Shown one piece after another: positions 18,694 to 28,795 of a stretch of DNA of 64,000 nt. This stretch comes from an uncultured Pseudomonadota bacterium. GTDB taxonomy: Bacteria; JAMCPX01. The notes under the pieces are model-generated. The model saw only the letters and a program-made list of their open reading frames with translations. It did no database searches and was not told the origin of the DNA. The position numbers were made by a program, and so were the translations under genes. Location of the stretch: assembly GCA_964547905.1 (NCBI GenBank), contig CAZJPN010000040.1:4067-68066 (forward strand), read 5' to 3'. Each line of letters begins with the position of its first letter. Position 1 is the first letter of the stretch.

Positions 18694-19233
18694 ATGCCAG
18701 AAAAAACCATGACAAAGAAAAAGAAAAATTATCCATTTAAAGAAGCGATTTATCTTATAGAGATACTCCGCGGACTTGGTGTTACGATTAAGCACTTTTT
18801 CGTAAAGCGGAAGTTCGCCATAAATTATCCCGAAGAAAAGCTAAAAATAGTTGGTAACACACAACAGACCATAAAGGTGATGGACAAGGATGCACAAAAG
18901 CTTATGGACAGGATAGAAGTTACCATGAATTACAGAGGGAAGCACGCGTTGCTTGTTGACGGGGATCTTGGAAGGTGTGTTGCGTGTAAAATGTGTGAAA
19001 CCGTATGCCCATTCTTTGCCATATACATTGAACCTGAGGAATCTCCCGATCCACGGAAGGAAAGAAGTCCGAAGATATTCGAAGTCGATCTTACACGGTG
19101 CGCATACTGCGGATACTGTGTTGAAGCGTGTCCCGAGAATGCAATAACGATGACATCGTTCTACAGCCTTGTTGCACGGCAAAGACCGGAGCTATCCATA
19201 CAGAAAAAAGAATTGAGGACCGTGATAAAATGA
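18694..19233 (+). CDS. nuoI: NADH-quinone oxidoreductase subunit I
   Basis: 179 aa with two 4Fe-4S ferredoxin motifs (CVACKMCETVCP, CAYCGYCVEACP). Confidence 0.9.
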   Translation: MPEKTMTKKKKNYPFKEAIYLIEILRGLGVTIKHFFVKRKFAINYPEEKLKIVGNTQQTIKVMDKDAQKLMDRIEVTMNYRGKHALLVDGDLGRCVACKMCETVCPFFAIYIEPEESPDPRKERSPKIFEVDLTRCAYCGYCVEACPENAITMTSFYSLVARQRPELSIQKKELRTVIK

Positions 19234-19733
19234 TAAGCAATGCATTGTTTTACATAACCGCAGTCTTATTAGTTTTAACTTATATTTATGCCGTCATTGC
19301 GGGGAATCCTGTTTATAGCGCTATAGCGATGGGAATCGCATTTTTCCTTACGTCTTTTATGTTTGTTCTGCTCGGAGCCCCATTCCTTGCAGTGGTGCAG
19401 GTCATTATATATGTCGGTGCGATGCTCGTCATGTTCCTCTTCATTATTATGATGTTCAACCTGAACAAATTATCGACTGAGCCTGTTCAATACAAAGCAT
19501 CGACCATTTTCTCATATTTTCTTATAATGGTTGTTTTGTTGATATCTTTTTACATGGCACGAGGAGTATTAAAGATGCCCCAGGGATTTACTATTGTAGG
19601 ATTTGGTTCTGCAGAAAATATAGGCTTTAATCTTATGCGTTATTACCTGCTGCCGTTTGAGCTTGCATCTTTTATCCTTCTCGTCGGCATCTTTGGTGCT
19701 ATAGCGTTTATTAAAAAAAGGAATAAGATATGA
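19230..19733 (+). CDS. nuoJ: NADH-quinone oxidoreductase subunit J
   Basis: Start moved to the ATG overlapping the nuoI stop (MISNALFYITAV...). 167-aa membrane subunit. Confidence 0.85.
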   Translation: MISNALFYITAVLLVLTYIYAVIAGNPVYSAIAMGIAFFLTSFMFVLLGAPFLAVVQVIIYVGAMLVMFLFIIMMFNLNKLSTEPVQYKASTIFSYFLIMVVLLISFYMARGVLKMPQGFTIVGFGSAENIGFNLMRYYLLPFELASFILLVGIFGAIAFIKKRNKI

Positions 19734-20029
19734 GCTACCAATTGCTTATCGTTCTTAGTTTTGTACTGTTTGCAATAGGTATGATTGGTGTTGCCATGCG
19801 AAGAAATATTGTTATTGTACTTATATCCCTTGAACTTATGCTTAACGCAGTGAATATCCTTTTCGTATCCGCATCAAAGTATATGCACACTCTGGACGGT
19901 CAGATATTTGTTATCATGGTTATAACCATAGCAGCGGCAGAAACAGCAATAGCCCTTGCACTTGTTGTAAAGATATTTAAGACAGTCGGTATGGTAAAGA
20001 TAGACGACTTGAAGAAGCTTAAATGGTGA
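19730..20029 (+). CDS. nuoK: NADH-quinone oxidoreductase subunit K
   Basis: 99 aa of NuoK/ND4L family sequence. Confidence 0.9.
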   Translation: MSYQLLIVLSFVLFAIGMIGVAMRRNIVIVLISLELMLNAVNILFVSASKYMHTLDGQIFVIMVITIAAAETAIALALVVKIFKTVGMVKIDDLKKLKW

Positions 20030-20033
20030 TAAA

Positions 20034-21971
20034 ATGGAACTGAACATAGTAAGATATATCTTAATATTTCCCATGCTTGGATTTTTGGTAAACGGTCTTA
20101 TCGGACATAGGCTTGGGAATAAAGCAGTAGGATGGATTGCTAATATTACTGTGCTTTTAAGCTTATCTATTTCAGTGTACCTGTTTTTACAGCTTCTTTC
20201 ATTACCACCTAATGGAAGACTTATAACGGATACGGTGTATACATGGATAAATTCAGGGAGCCTCAACATAGACTTCAAGCTCATGGTAGATCCTCTTACC
20301 GCTGTTATGCTGCTTGTTGTGACTGGTGTTGGATTCTTGATACATATTTATTCTGTAGGATACATGCACGGAGACAAAGGTTATTCAAGATACTTCTCCT
20401 ATCTTAACCTGTTTATGTTTTCAATGCTACTGCTTGTACTTTCATCGAATATTGTACTTATGTTTGTGGGTTGGGAAGGCGTTGGTTTGTGCTCTTATCT
20501 CTTAATAGGCTTCTGGTATGAGAAGGATTCAGCCGCAAATGCAGGTAAAAAGGCCTTTATAACAAACAGGATAGGAGATTATGGCTTTTTACTTGGTTTG
20601 TTCTTGCTTGCATCTGCATTTGCTTCAAAGGGAATTTTAACACTTGATTTTACTACGATGGCAGCACACATATCCCTTATCTCACCACAAATACTTACTA
20701 TCGTTGGAATACTTTTGTTTGTTGGAGCAACGGGTAAATCAGCACAGTTGCCCCTGTATGTATGGCTTCCTGACGCAATGGAAGGTCCGACACCGGTGAG
20801 TGCCCTTATCCACGCTGCAACCATGGTCACGGCAGGCGTATACATGATAGCAAGGATGAACTTCTTATATGTGCTTGCACCAACGGCACTGGAGGTTGTT
20901 GCAATTGTGGGAGGTCTTACTGCCCTCTATGCGGCAACCATAGGAGTTGTTCAAAACGATATAAAAAGGGTGCTTGCGTACTCCACCATCAGTCAGCTCG
21001 GCTACATGTTTGTCGGTGTCGGTGTTGGTGCGTTCAGTGCTGGTATATTTCATCTCATGACGCATGCCTTTTTTAAGGCTCTGCTCTTTCTTGGTGCAGG
21101 CAGTGTGATGCATGCCCTTTCAGGGGAGCAGGACATGAGAAAGATGGGTGGTTTGAAAAATAAGATCCCGGTAACATACGCAGTATTTCTTGCTGCTGCA
21201 CTCGCGATATCAGGCATACCGGGGCTGTCCGGGTTTTTCAGCAAGGATAGCATTCTTGCTGCAGCCTATGCGTCTGGTCATAAAGTAATCTGGTTCTTGG
21301 GTTTTATAACTGCTCTTTTAACGGCTTTCTATATATTCAGACTTATATATATGACATTTTATGGAGAGAGCCGTGTGGAAAAACATGCTGCCGAACACAT
21401 TCATGAATCACCAAAGGTGATGACCATTCCACTTATTATACTTGCTGTTCTGTCTGTGATAGGTGGCTATATAGGTGTGCCACAGTTCCTCGGGAATATA
21501 GTCGGATGGCATAATTCCGACATATTTGTTCATTTCCTCGCACCTGTCTTTCATACCATGCCTGAACATGAAATGTCTGTTTCTACTGATTCATGGCTTA
21601 TGATTGGATCTATTACCATGGCAATTTTAGGCGTATTCTTTGCATGGTATGTCTATCTCAAATCGAAGATGCAGCCTGCAAAAAATGCTGCTGAGTCTTT
21701 ACCCGGTTTCTACAGGTTAGTTCTGAATAAATATTATGTCGATGAGATTTATAACGCAATTATTATCAAGCCGCTTATGTGGGTGTCGGAGTCCTTCCTC
21801 TGGAAGATATTCGATGTAGGGGTTGTTGATGGTGCTGTTAACGGCTCTGCGCATGTAACGCAATGGGCATCTACAAAACTCAGGAAGATACAGACAGGTG
21901 ATTTTCAGGTATATGTGATGCTGTTCTTGATAGGCGTCATCTCGGTTTTAGCATACTTTGTGTTGAGGTAG
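20034..21971 (+). CDS. nuoL: NADH-quinone oxidoreductase subunit L
   Basis: 645 aa of NuoL/ND5 antiporter-like subunit. Confidence 0.9.
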   Translation: MELNIVRYILIFPMLGFLVNGLIGHRLGNKAVGWIANITVLLSLSISVYLFLQLLSLPPNGRLITDTVYTWINSGSLNIDFKLMVDPLTAVMLLVVTGVGFLIHIYSVGYMHGDKGYSRYFSYLNLFMFSMLLLVLSSNIVLMFVGWEGVGLCSYLLIGFWYEKDSAANAGKKAFITNRIGDYGFLLGLFLLASAFASKGILTLDFTTMAAHISLISPQILTIVGILLFVGATGKSAQLPLYVWLPDAMEGPTPVSALIHAATMVTAGVYMIARMNFLYVLAPTALEVVAIVGGLTALYAATIGVVQNDIKRVLAYSTISQLGYMFVGVGVGAFSAGIFHLMTHAFFKALLFLGAGSVMHALSGEQDMRKMGGLKNKIPVTYAVFLAAALAISGIPGLSGFFSKDSILAAAYASGHKVIWFLGFITALLTAFYIFRLIYMTFYGESRVEKHAAEHIHESPKVMTIPLIILAVLSVIGGYIGVPQFLGNIVGWHNSDIFVHFLAPVFHTMPEHEMSVSTDSWLMIGSITMAILGVFFAWYVYLKSKMQPAKNAAESLPGFYRLVLNKYYVDEIYNAIIIKPLMWVSESFLWKIFDVGVVDGAVNGSAHVTQWASTKLRKIQTGDFQVYVMLFLIGVISVLAYFVLR

Positions 21972-21977
21972 GATGAA

Positions 21978-23525
21978 ATGGGATTTAAAGAAAATATACT
22001 TTCGATTATAATCTTTTTACCGCTCCTTGGGGTATTGTTTGGTGCATTTATAAATAAAGATAATAAATCTGTCATAAAGTGGTTTACGCTGATAGTATCA
22101 CTGATAGAATTTGTTGTCTCATTGTTTTTGGTCATACACTTTGACTCTTCATCTATAGGTATGCAGTTTACGGAGAAATATGCATGGATACCGGTGTACA
22201 ATATTAACTACCAGCTCGGCATAGACGGGCTAAGCCTGCTTCTTATACTTTTAACGACATTTCTTACCCCGCTTGTGCTTCTCGGTTCCTGGACATACAT
22301 AAAGAAACGCGAGAAGGAATATTATCTGTGGTTCCTCGTGCTTGAAACCGGTATGATCGGTGTTTTTGCTTCACTGGATCTTATTCTTTTCTATGTATTC
22401 TGGGAAGCGATGCTTATACCGATGTACATCATCATAGGTGTCTGGGGAGGTCCACGCAGGATATATGCTGCCGTAAAATTCTTTATATATACAATGTTCG
22501 GAAGTCTGCTAATGTTGGTGGCAATTATTTATCTTTACTTTGCTTACGGTGCTCAGACAGGCACCTACACCTTTGACCTGTTAAAACTGTACAACCTTTC
22601 CCTGCCATTGAGCACACAGATATGGCTGTTTGCAGCCTTTGCACTTTCTTTCGCTATTAAGGTTCCAATATTTCCGTTTCATACATGGTTGCCTGACGCA
22701 CACGTTGAGGCACCGACAGGCGGTAGTGTTATTCTTGCAGGCGTTTTACTGAAGATGGGGACCTATGGATACATGCGATTGGCAATGCCATTGTTTCCAA
22801 TCGCTGCAAATGCCTTCCTTCCTTATATTGCAGTGCTTGCAATCATAGGTATTATTTATGGGGCGCTTGTTGCAATGATGCAGCCTGATATCAAAAAACT
22901 GGTTGCCTATTCGTCCGTCAGCCATCTCGGGCTTGTTATACTCGGGCTCATGGCTCTCAATATTGAGAGTGTTGATGGTTCGGTCCTGCAAATGATCAAC
23001 CATGGGCTTTCAACTGGCGCACTTTTTATGCTTGTCGGTATGATATATGAACGCAGGCACACAAGGGAGCTCTCTGAGTTTGGCGGTATTGCAAAGACCA
23101 TGCCTGTTTTTGCAACAATATTTATGATCGTAACGCTTTCTTCCATAGGACTGCCAGGCCTCAATGGGTTTATAGGAGAGTTCCTCATATTGTTAGGTTC
23201 ATTTTTTGCAAGGCCGATATATGCCGTCTTTGCAGGTATAGGTGTTATCCTTGGTGCTGTATACATGTTGAGAACCTATCAGAAGGTGTTTTTTGGTAAG
23301 ATAACGAACAAGGCGAATGAGGATCTTAAAGATTTGAGCCCAAGGGAAATTATTGTTATGATACCTATATTGATAATGATCGTCTGGATTGGTGTTTATC
23401 CAAAGCCATTCCTCAATATTATCCATAATGCGAGTGAATCATACATTCAGTATGTCAAACCGCAGACAACGCAGATCAATTATCAGCAGAATACCGTGCC
23501 ACAAATGCCAGAGAGGTTAAAATAA
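21978..23525 (+). CDS. nuoM: NADH-quinone oxidoreductase subunit M
   Basis: 515 aa of NuoM/ND4 family sequence. Confidence 0.9.
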   Translation: MGFKENILSIIIFLPLLGVLFGAFINKDNKSVIKWFTLIVSLIEFVVSLFLVIHFDSSSIGMQFTEKYAWIPVYNINYQLGIDGLSLLLILLTTFLTPLVLLGSWTYIKKREKEYYLWFLVLETGMIGVFASLDLILFYVFWEAMLIPMYIIIGVWGGPRRIYAAVKFFIYTMFGSLLMLVAIIYLYFAYGAQTGTYTFDLLKLYNLSLPLSTQIWLFAAFALSFAIKVPIFPFHTWLPDAHVEAPTGGSVILAGVLLKMGTYGYMRLAMPLFPIAANAFLPYIAVLAIIGIIYGALVAMMQPDIKKLVAYSSVSHLGLVILGLMALNIESVDGSVLQMINHGLSTGALFMLVGMIYERRHTRELSEFGGIAKTMPVFATIFMIVTLSSIGLPGLNGFIGEFLILLGSFFARPIYAVFAGIGVILGAVYMLRTYQKVFFGKITNKANEDLKDLSPREIIVMIPILIMIVWIGVYPKPFLNIIHNASESYIQYVKPQTTQINYQQNTVPQMPERLK

Positions 23526-23526
23526 T

Positions 23527-24972
23527 ATGTACGTTGATTTAAATTACTCTGCAATACTTCCGCAAATAATAATTGCTCTGACACTTTTTATAAGTGCAAT
23601 GCTTGATGCTTTTACCTCGGCAAAAAAATGGCCTGTAGGCATCATAACATTGCTTGGAATAGGAACTGGGATTGGTTCGGCCATATACCTATGGGGAAAT
23701 AAGATTGTTTCGTTTTCTCAAATGGTTGCATTAGATGAATTTTCTCTATTTCTGTTTATAACTGTTATGATTGCAGGGTTTATAACGGTACTTGTTTCTT
23801 TGAAATATGTAGACGACATAGAATCAGATTCAGGGCATTTTTATCTGTTACTGTTGAGTTCCTTACTCGGAATGATGTTTCTTATTTCTGCAACAAATCT
23901 AATCATTATCGTACTCGGACTTGAGCTCATGAGCCTTTCCATATATCCATTGGTAGGATTCACGAGAGATAGACAAATAAGCCTTGAAGGGGCAATGAAA
24001 TATCTTGTTCTCGGTGCGTTTGCAACGGCCTTCATGCTCTATGGTATAGCCCTTATCTACAGCGTGCTTGGGACAATGGATCTTTATACTATAACAAGGG
24101 TTCTATCAACTACACAGAATCTTACAACCAATATAGTTATGATGGCGGGTGTCGCATTTATACTTATTGGATTTTCATTCAAGGTTGCACTTGTTCCCTT
24201 TCATGCATGGACGCCTGATGCCTATCAGGGGGCACCCGCACCTATTACCGGATTCATGGCTGCAGCAGTGAAGGCCGCAAGTTTTGCAGCAATTATAAAA
24301 GTGTTGATAATAGTTTTGAGTTCATATCATGTGCCTGTATCAGAGGCGCTTTGGTGGCTGAGTGCTGTTACCATGTTTACTGGTAATATCATTGCAGTAA
24401 TGCAGAAGAATGTAAAACGTATGCTTGCCTATTCGAGTATAGCCCACGCAGGATATGTGGTAGTAGGGCTTGTATCCGGAACTGCGTATGGCATGTCATC
24501 AGCCCTGTTTTATTTGATCTCCTATACCTTTACGATCACCGGTTCATTCGCAATCATTACCTATCTTGAGAAAAATGATGGGACAGGGAGTGAACTTTCT
24601 GATTTCAGTGGCCTTGCAAAAGACCATCCCTTTTTAAGCATTGTGATGACCGTATTTATGTTATCACTTGCCGGGATACCTCCGACAGCCGGATTTATGG
24701 CAAAATTTTATGTATTCAGTGCTGCAATCAAAAGCGGGTATATAGGGCTTGCAATCTTCGGTATTTTGACAAGTGTAATCTCACTATATTATTATCTCCG
24801 TATTGTTTATGCCATGTACTTTGAAGAAGCGGAGGTGCAGACAAATGTACCTGTACCGGTAGGCATATCAGCGGGTGTCATAATAGCTTTATGGGGTGTT
24901 ATCCAGCTTGGTATTTTACCTTCCGATATAATGAGTTTTGCCATGCAGTCCATCCAATCTATGATCCATTGA
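23527..24972 (+). CDS. nuoN: NADH-quinone oxidoreductase subunit N
   Basis: 481 aa of NuoN/ND2 family sequence. Confidence 0.9.
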   Translation: MYVDLNYSAILPQIIIALTLFISAMLDAFTSAKKWPVGIITLLGIGTGIGSAIYLWGNKIVSFSQMVALDEFSLFLFITVMIAGFITVLVSLKYVDDIESDSGHFYLLLLSSLLGMMFLISATNLIIIVLGLELMSLSIYPLVGFTRDRQISLEGAMKYLVLGAFATAFMLYGIALIYSVLGTMDLYTITRVLSTTQNLTTNIVMMAGVAFILIGFSFKVALVPFHAWTPDAYQGAPAPITGFMAAAVKAASFAAIIKVLIIVLSSYHVPVSEALWWLSAVTMFTGNIIAVMQKNVKRMLAYSSIAHAGYVVVGLVSGTAYGMSSALFYLISYTFTITGSFAIITYLEKNDGTGSELSDFSGLAKDHPFLSIVMTVFMLSLAGIPPTAGFMAKFYVFSAAIKSGYIGLAIFGILTSVISLYYYLRIVYAMYFEEAEVQTNVPVPVGISAGVIIALWGVIQLGILPSDIMSFAMQSIQSMIH

Positions 24973-24983
24973 CCCGAAAAATC

Positions 24984-24997
24984 CAATAGGGAAGTTT
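24984..24997. repeat. left arm of a perfect 14-nt inverted repeat (AATAGGGAAGTTTG) bracketing the nuoN/PAP2 convergent intergenic region
   Basis: Seen directly. Its reverse complement CAAACTTCCCTATT lies about 160 nt downstream, at about 25159-25172. Confidence 0.35.
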
Positions 24998-25156
24998 GTT
25001 TATTCACTCAATCCTGCAATCCACTTGATATCTCTAAGTTTTCTTATAGAAACGAGCTTTTAGTCCTCTGTATGTTTATATGCTATTACCCGGTATGTTT
25101 TCCTTATCGGATTTTCGAAGAATACCTTTATTTGATGCAGGCTTATCGTTCATTCC

Positions 25157-25792
25157 TCAAACTTCCCTATTTTTCAAACGCATTTTCCGGGTTGATAGCA
25201 AAGAATAAGCTGTTATTATTACAGATCCAATAAGCCAACTGCCAAAAACATCGCTCGGCCAGTGTACTCCAAGGTAGACGCGGCTTATGCCGACAGATAG
25301 TACTATTATAAACGCAACAGTATACGTCCACAATCGTGCAAGATGCAGTCTTCTTAAGATGATGACAAGCTCCACGATTATGACAAAGGTCATTATCGAA
25401 TGACCGCTTGGAAAGGAATATCCAGAGGCCGGTATACCGAGCCAGCTTATAGGTCTGGTTCTGTGCACAAGCTCTTTGACGGAAACCTCCGTTACGAAAC
25501 TCAAAAAAGATATGGCAAGGAATTCTTTTACTTGTCTGTATGCTTTGCGTCTCCACAGCCATCCGCCTATTATTACAATAATTACTATTACGGTGTATTC
25601 ATTACCCAATAGAGTAAACAGTTCCATGACAATAAGCATTGCATTTGATTTGTTTTGTTGGATAATGCTTATAAAGAAAATGTCGAAGGCACTTGTTTTA
25701 TTCAATACGACCAATAAGGTCAGGTCAATGGTGCATACGCTCAGTACTATCAATAAAACAAGGCGGTATAAAAAGTACCGTTTATGAGACAT
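25157..25792 (-). CDS. PAP2-family phosphatase (phosphatidic acid phosphatase type 2 / haloperoxidase fold)
   Basis: 211 aa, membrane-bound. Motifs KxxxxxxRP (KELVHRTRP), PSGH (SFPSGHS) and SRVYLGVHWPSD (SRxxxxxHxxxD). Confidence 0.75.
   Translation of the reverse strand: MSHKRYFLYRLVLLIVLSVCTIDLTLLVVLNKTSAFDIFFISIIQQNKSNAMLIVMELFTLLGNEYTVIVIIVIIGGWLWRRKAYRQVKEFLAISFLSFVTEVSVKELVHRTRPISWLGIPASGYSFPSGHSIMTFVIIVELVIILRRLHLARLWTYTVAFIIVLSVGISRVYLGVHWPSDVFGSWLIGSVIITAYSLLSTRKMRLKNREV
25159..25172. repeat. right arm of the 14-nt inverted repeat (CAAACTTCCCTATT)
   Basis: Reverse complement of 24984-24997. It overlaps the 3' end of the PAP2 gene. Confidence 0.35.
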
Positions 25793-25794
25793 GG

Positions 25795-26793
25795 CTATGT
25801 CTTGAGCTGGGTATAGTTCGAATATAGACCTTGAGGAAACTCCGGCAGTATATTGCGCGTTACATCCTGCATGTCATGCTCCGATAGCTTCTTTCTCCGG
25901 TGCAGCCTGTTGAGCTGTTTCCGTATCTGAGTGGCGATATGTATTATCTCAATACCTGTTGGATCGAATTGTGTATAAATAGACTTGTCTCCATTGTTGA
26001 GTACGTCAAAGATGGCATCAATGGAATAATGCTTGTACGTATCAAACTGCTGGTTCGAAAGTTGCCACTTTTTGTCGGAGGTAATGCCCTTAAATATATT
26101 TCTGATAAGTTTTTTCTTGTTAACAAGCATCATACCGTTAAAGATATTTTTATTGGTTGAGAAAGAAAAGAGTGTTTTTTCAAGCGTATGTTTGAGCAGG
26201 TCATTGTCATCCTTGTGTCGCAGTTTAAGGGTTCTTTCTATGGTTTTTACGGCCTTATCGTTTACAAGCTTGTCAAAGCGTATTTCCCAGTAGGAGTGAA
26301 GAAACATTTTTTTTCTGTACATTGTTATGATCATGTTCGGGACAAAATAGTTATGTGCTATTACGTCGGACGCAAGGTGGCTGATATAACCATAGGCAAA
26401 AGCTCTCTGGTGGTCGTTTTTTGCCGATTTAAACACCTGATTTGCTACAAGCCAATTATGACAATGATATTCATACTCCGTAAAATTCTTTCCTATGACA
26501 ATATCCGCGCCGATATTGCCGTACAGAAAGTCGTATGGATAACTTTTGATGAGCCCCATTATCTGGGGTGCCAGCAGTTGGGAGAAGTTCAATACTTCCG
26601 TAGCGAGATCTATGTGGGATATGGGACCCCAGCAAAAACCGGTTGATGGAAAGATTATTATGAGCAATATTGCCGTAAAAAGTACAGACGGCCAGAACAA
26701 ATGTTTCTGTAAAAAAAAAGCCTTTTGTATTTGGTTATTTATTATTAGAGGATGTTTTGTCTGCAGACTGGTTACTTGTTTTATTCTGTGCAT
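25795..26793 (-). CDS. zinc-dependent phospholipase C-like family protein (start uncertain)
   Basis: A signal/TM segment followed by [11 protein letters not shown] and [12 protein letters not shown] (His-rich, PLC-like). The 5' end overlaps the FmdB gene by about 59 nt, so the true start is probably downstream (non-ATG). Confidence 0.45.
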   Translation of the reverse strand: MHRIKQVTSLQTKHPLIINNQIQKAFFLQKHLFWPSVLFTAILLIIIFPSTGFCWGPISHIDLATEVLNFSQLLAPQIMGLIKSYPYDFLYGNIGADIVIGKNFTEYEYHCHNWLVANQVFKSAKNDHQRAFAYGYISHLASDVIAHNYFVPNMIITMYRKKMFLHSYWEIRFDKLVNDKAVKTIERTLKLRHKDDNDLLKHTLEKTLFSFSTNKNIFNGMMLVNKKKLIRNIFKGITSDKKWQLSNQQFDTYKHYSIDAIFDVLNNGDKSIYTQFDPTGIEIIHIATQIRKQLNRLHRRKKLSEHDMQDVTRNILPEFPQGLYSNYTQLKT

Positions 26794-26992
26794 GAGTCTG
26801 TGGTTTATTGTTTTTTACATAATCCGTGGCATACCAGCCACTGCCTTTTAAAATGAACGAGCTGCTTTTAGATATTAACCTTTTAACCTTGCCTTTGCAT
26901 CTTGGGCATGTAGTAATTGGTTTTTCCGATATTTTTTGAAACATATCAAATTTATATCCGCACGACGTGCACTCATATTCGTATGTTGGCAT
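26735..26992 (-). CDS. FmdB-family zinc-ribbon protein
   Basis: 85 aa starting [15 protein letters not shown]...CPRCKG, the classic FmdB CxxC...CxxC signature. Confidence 0.7.
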   Translation of the reverse strand: MPTYEYECTSCGYKFDMFQKISEKPITTCPRCKGKVKRLISKSSSFILKGSGWYATDYVKNNKPQTHAQNKTSNQSADKTSSNNK

Positions 26993-26995
26993 TAT

Positions 26996-27238
26996 TCATT
27001 CTCCCTTTCTTACGATCTGTATCAGTTTCTTTTTCGAACTTTTGCCGCTCTTTATCTTAATGTCCGATCGCCCGATCTTAAAATGACGGCTTAATAAATA
27101 TAATAATTCCTCATTGGCTTTACCGTCAATAGGAACGGCTTTCAGATAGGCCTTTAGAATTGTATCTTCTTGTTTTATCTCACTTGTTCTTGATAGAGTT
27201 TTTACATAAACATAGAAATTTTCGGCTTTATCTGACAT
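26996..27238 (-). CDS. DUF167 (YggU-like) protein
   Basis: 80 aa. The segment ...PIDGKANEELLYLLSRHFKIGRSDIKIKSGKSSKKK matches the YggU/DUF167 consensus (GKAN...L...S). Confidence 0.65.
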   Translation of the reverse strand: MSDKAENFYVYVKTLSRTSEIKQEDTILKAYLKAVPIDGKANEELLYLLSRHFKIGRSDIKIKSGKSSKKKLIQIVRKGE

Positions 27239-27746
27239 TAGAATTCTTTGATTTGTTCGTCATGAGTGCGAGTGTATCGTCTATATCCTTTTGTTCTTTT
27301 ACTATCTCTGTATCAAGCATCTTAAGGTGTACCTCAAGTACGGCCTTCAGATTTGCCTCAAGCTGGATCTTCTGCCTTCTTAATTCCTTTATCTCGTTTA
27401 TAATCTCCATATACCTGTTCTGAGCACTGTTTATAATATCTTCAGCCTTAATCTTTGCGTCCGCAATAATGAGCTGTGCTTCCTTTAGTGCATTAGCGTG
27501 GATATCGTCTTTCAAACGCTGGGTTGTCAGCATTGTTTCTTTTATAGTTTGCTCCCTGTCTTTGTATTCGCTGAGGCTTTCGGTTTTATCTTTTATCTGC
27601 TGCTTTACATTCATGTTTTCTGTAATGAGTTCCTCCATCTCATTGCGGACAAGCTCCATGAACGTGTCAACCTCACGCCTGTCATAGCCATTTACAATCC
27701 TTTTCCTGAACTGCTGCTGCTGTATATCAAGTGGGGTTAATTTCAT
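27228..27746 (-). CDS. DivIVA domain protein
   Basis: Start moved to the internal ATG (MKLTPLDIQQQQFRK), the canonical DivIVA N-terminus. AGGAGG RBS directly upstream. Coiled-coil remainder. Confidence 0.75.
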   Translation of the reverse strand: MKLTPLDIQQQQFRKRIVNGYDRREVDTFMELVRNEMEELITENMNVKQQIKDKTESLSEYKDREQTIKETMLTTQRLKDDIHANALKEAQLIIADAKIKAEDIINSAQNRYMEIINEIKELRRQKIQLEANLKAVLEVHLKMLDTEIVKEQKDIDDTLALMTNKSKNSNVR

Positions 27747-27858
27747 AATACTCTCCTCCTTTCGACTACCTATATACACCTGCTGGATAGAAATGTCCAA
27801 TAAAAAGGGATGGTAGAAGGATCTACCACCCCTTAACAGTATTTTAAGTGTTGTATGC

Positions 27859-28671
27859 TTACGAAGCTATTGCTGGAACAATGGAATGTTTAAGCTTTGT
27901 TAATGCTTTTTGCTCAAGCTGCCTTACCCTCTCCTTCGATATGTTGTATTTCTCGCCTATCTCTTGAAGGGATAGTGGGTTGTCTGCCATAACCCTATAC
28001 TTGATTATATACTGCTCTCTTTCCGGTAATGTCTTAACAGCCTGTCCTACTGTCTGCTTGAGTACTGTATCTTCTTCCTGCTTGCTTATCCGCTCTTCGA
28101 GATTTTCATCTTCATCTACGAGTTGATCGAGATGGGACTCCCTGCTTTCATCATCCAATGTTACGTCAAGAGATACATCTCTTAGTCTTAATCTGTTTTC
28201 AAAATCCTTGGCTTTTTTCTCTATCTTGCTTTCATCTATAAGCATCTCAGCGTTGTTTTCCGGCTGAACTTTATTCAGTGAGTAGAACAGCTTTCTTTGA
28301 AGCTGTGTTGTTCCTATTTTGACCAGACTCCAGGTTTTCATTATGAAGTTTTGAATGTAAGCCCTTATCCACCATACAGCATATGATATCAATCTGAATC
28401 CCTTGTACGGGTTAAATTTCTTTACAGCCATCATCAATCCTAAATTACCCTCCTGAATCAAATCCATCAGTTTAACGTTGTAATGCCTGTATTCGAGGGC
28501 TATCTTTACTACGAATCTCATGTTGGCTGTTACAAGCTTGTGAGCCGCGTTTATGTCCTTTTTTTCATAGTACTTTATTGCCAACCTCTTTTCCTCCTGG
28601 GGAGTCAAAAGAGGATACTTGTCTATCTGTGCCAGGTATTTTGTTAAATTGTCATTCAACACCATTTGCAT
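27859..28671 (-). CDS. rpoH: RNA polymerase sigma factor, RpoH (sigma-32)-like
   Basis: Start moved to MQMVLN... with AGGAGGAGG 5 nt upstream. Sigma-70 regions 2-4 are present. The RpoH-box-like LQRKLFYSLNK matches Q(R/K)(K/R)LFFNL. Confidence 0.75.
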   Translation of the reverse strand: MQMVLNDNLTKYLAQIDKYPLLTPQEEKRLAIKYYEKKDINAAHKLVTANMRFVVKIALEYRHYNVKLMDLIQEGNLGLMMAVKKFNPYKGFRLISYAVWWIRAYIQNFIMKTWSLVKIGTTQLQRKLFYSLNKVQPENNAEMLIDESKIEKKAKDFENRLRLRDVSLDVTLDDESRESHLDQLVDEDENLEERISKQEEDTVLKQTVGQAVKTLPEREQYIIKYRVMADNPLSLQEIGEKYNISKERVRQLEQKALTKLKHSIVPAIAS

Positions 28672-28795
28672 ATTAGCCTCCTCCTTTAAGCTTCTTAGTA
28701 TATACACTGGATTTCAAATAGTCAAGTACTTAAAACTTTAAGCCTCAGTTATACGGGATTTGAAATCTTTTCTTCACCTTTCAAAAAGGCATTAC

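Noticed and set aside
26735-26793. Real 59-nt overlap between the PLC-like and FmdB genes
   Set aside because: It is more likely an over-extended N-terminus of the PLC-like ORF. The true start is probably a downstream non-ATG codon before the signal peptide.
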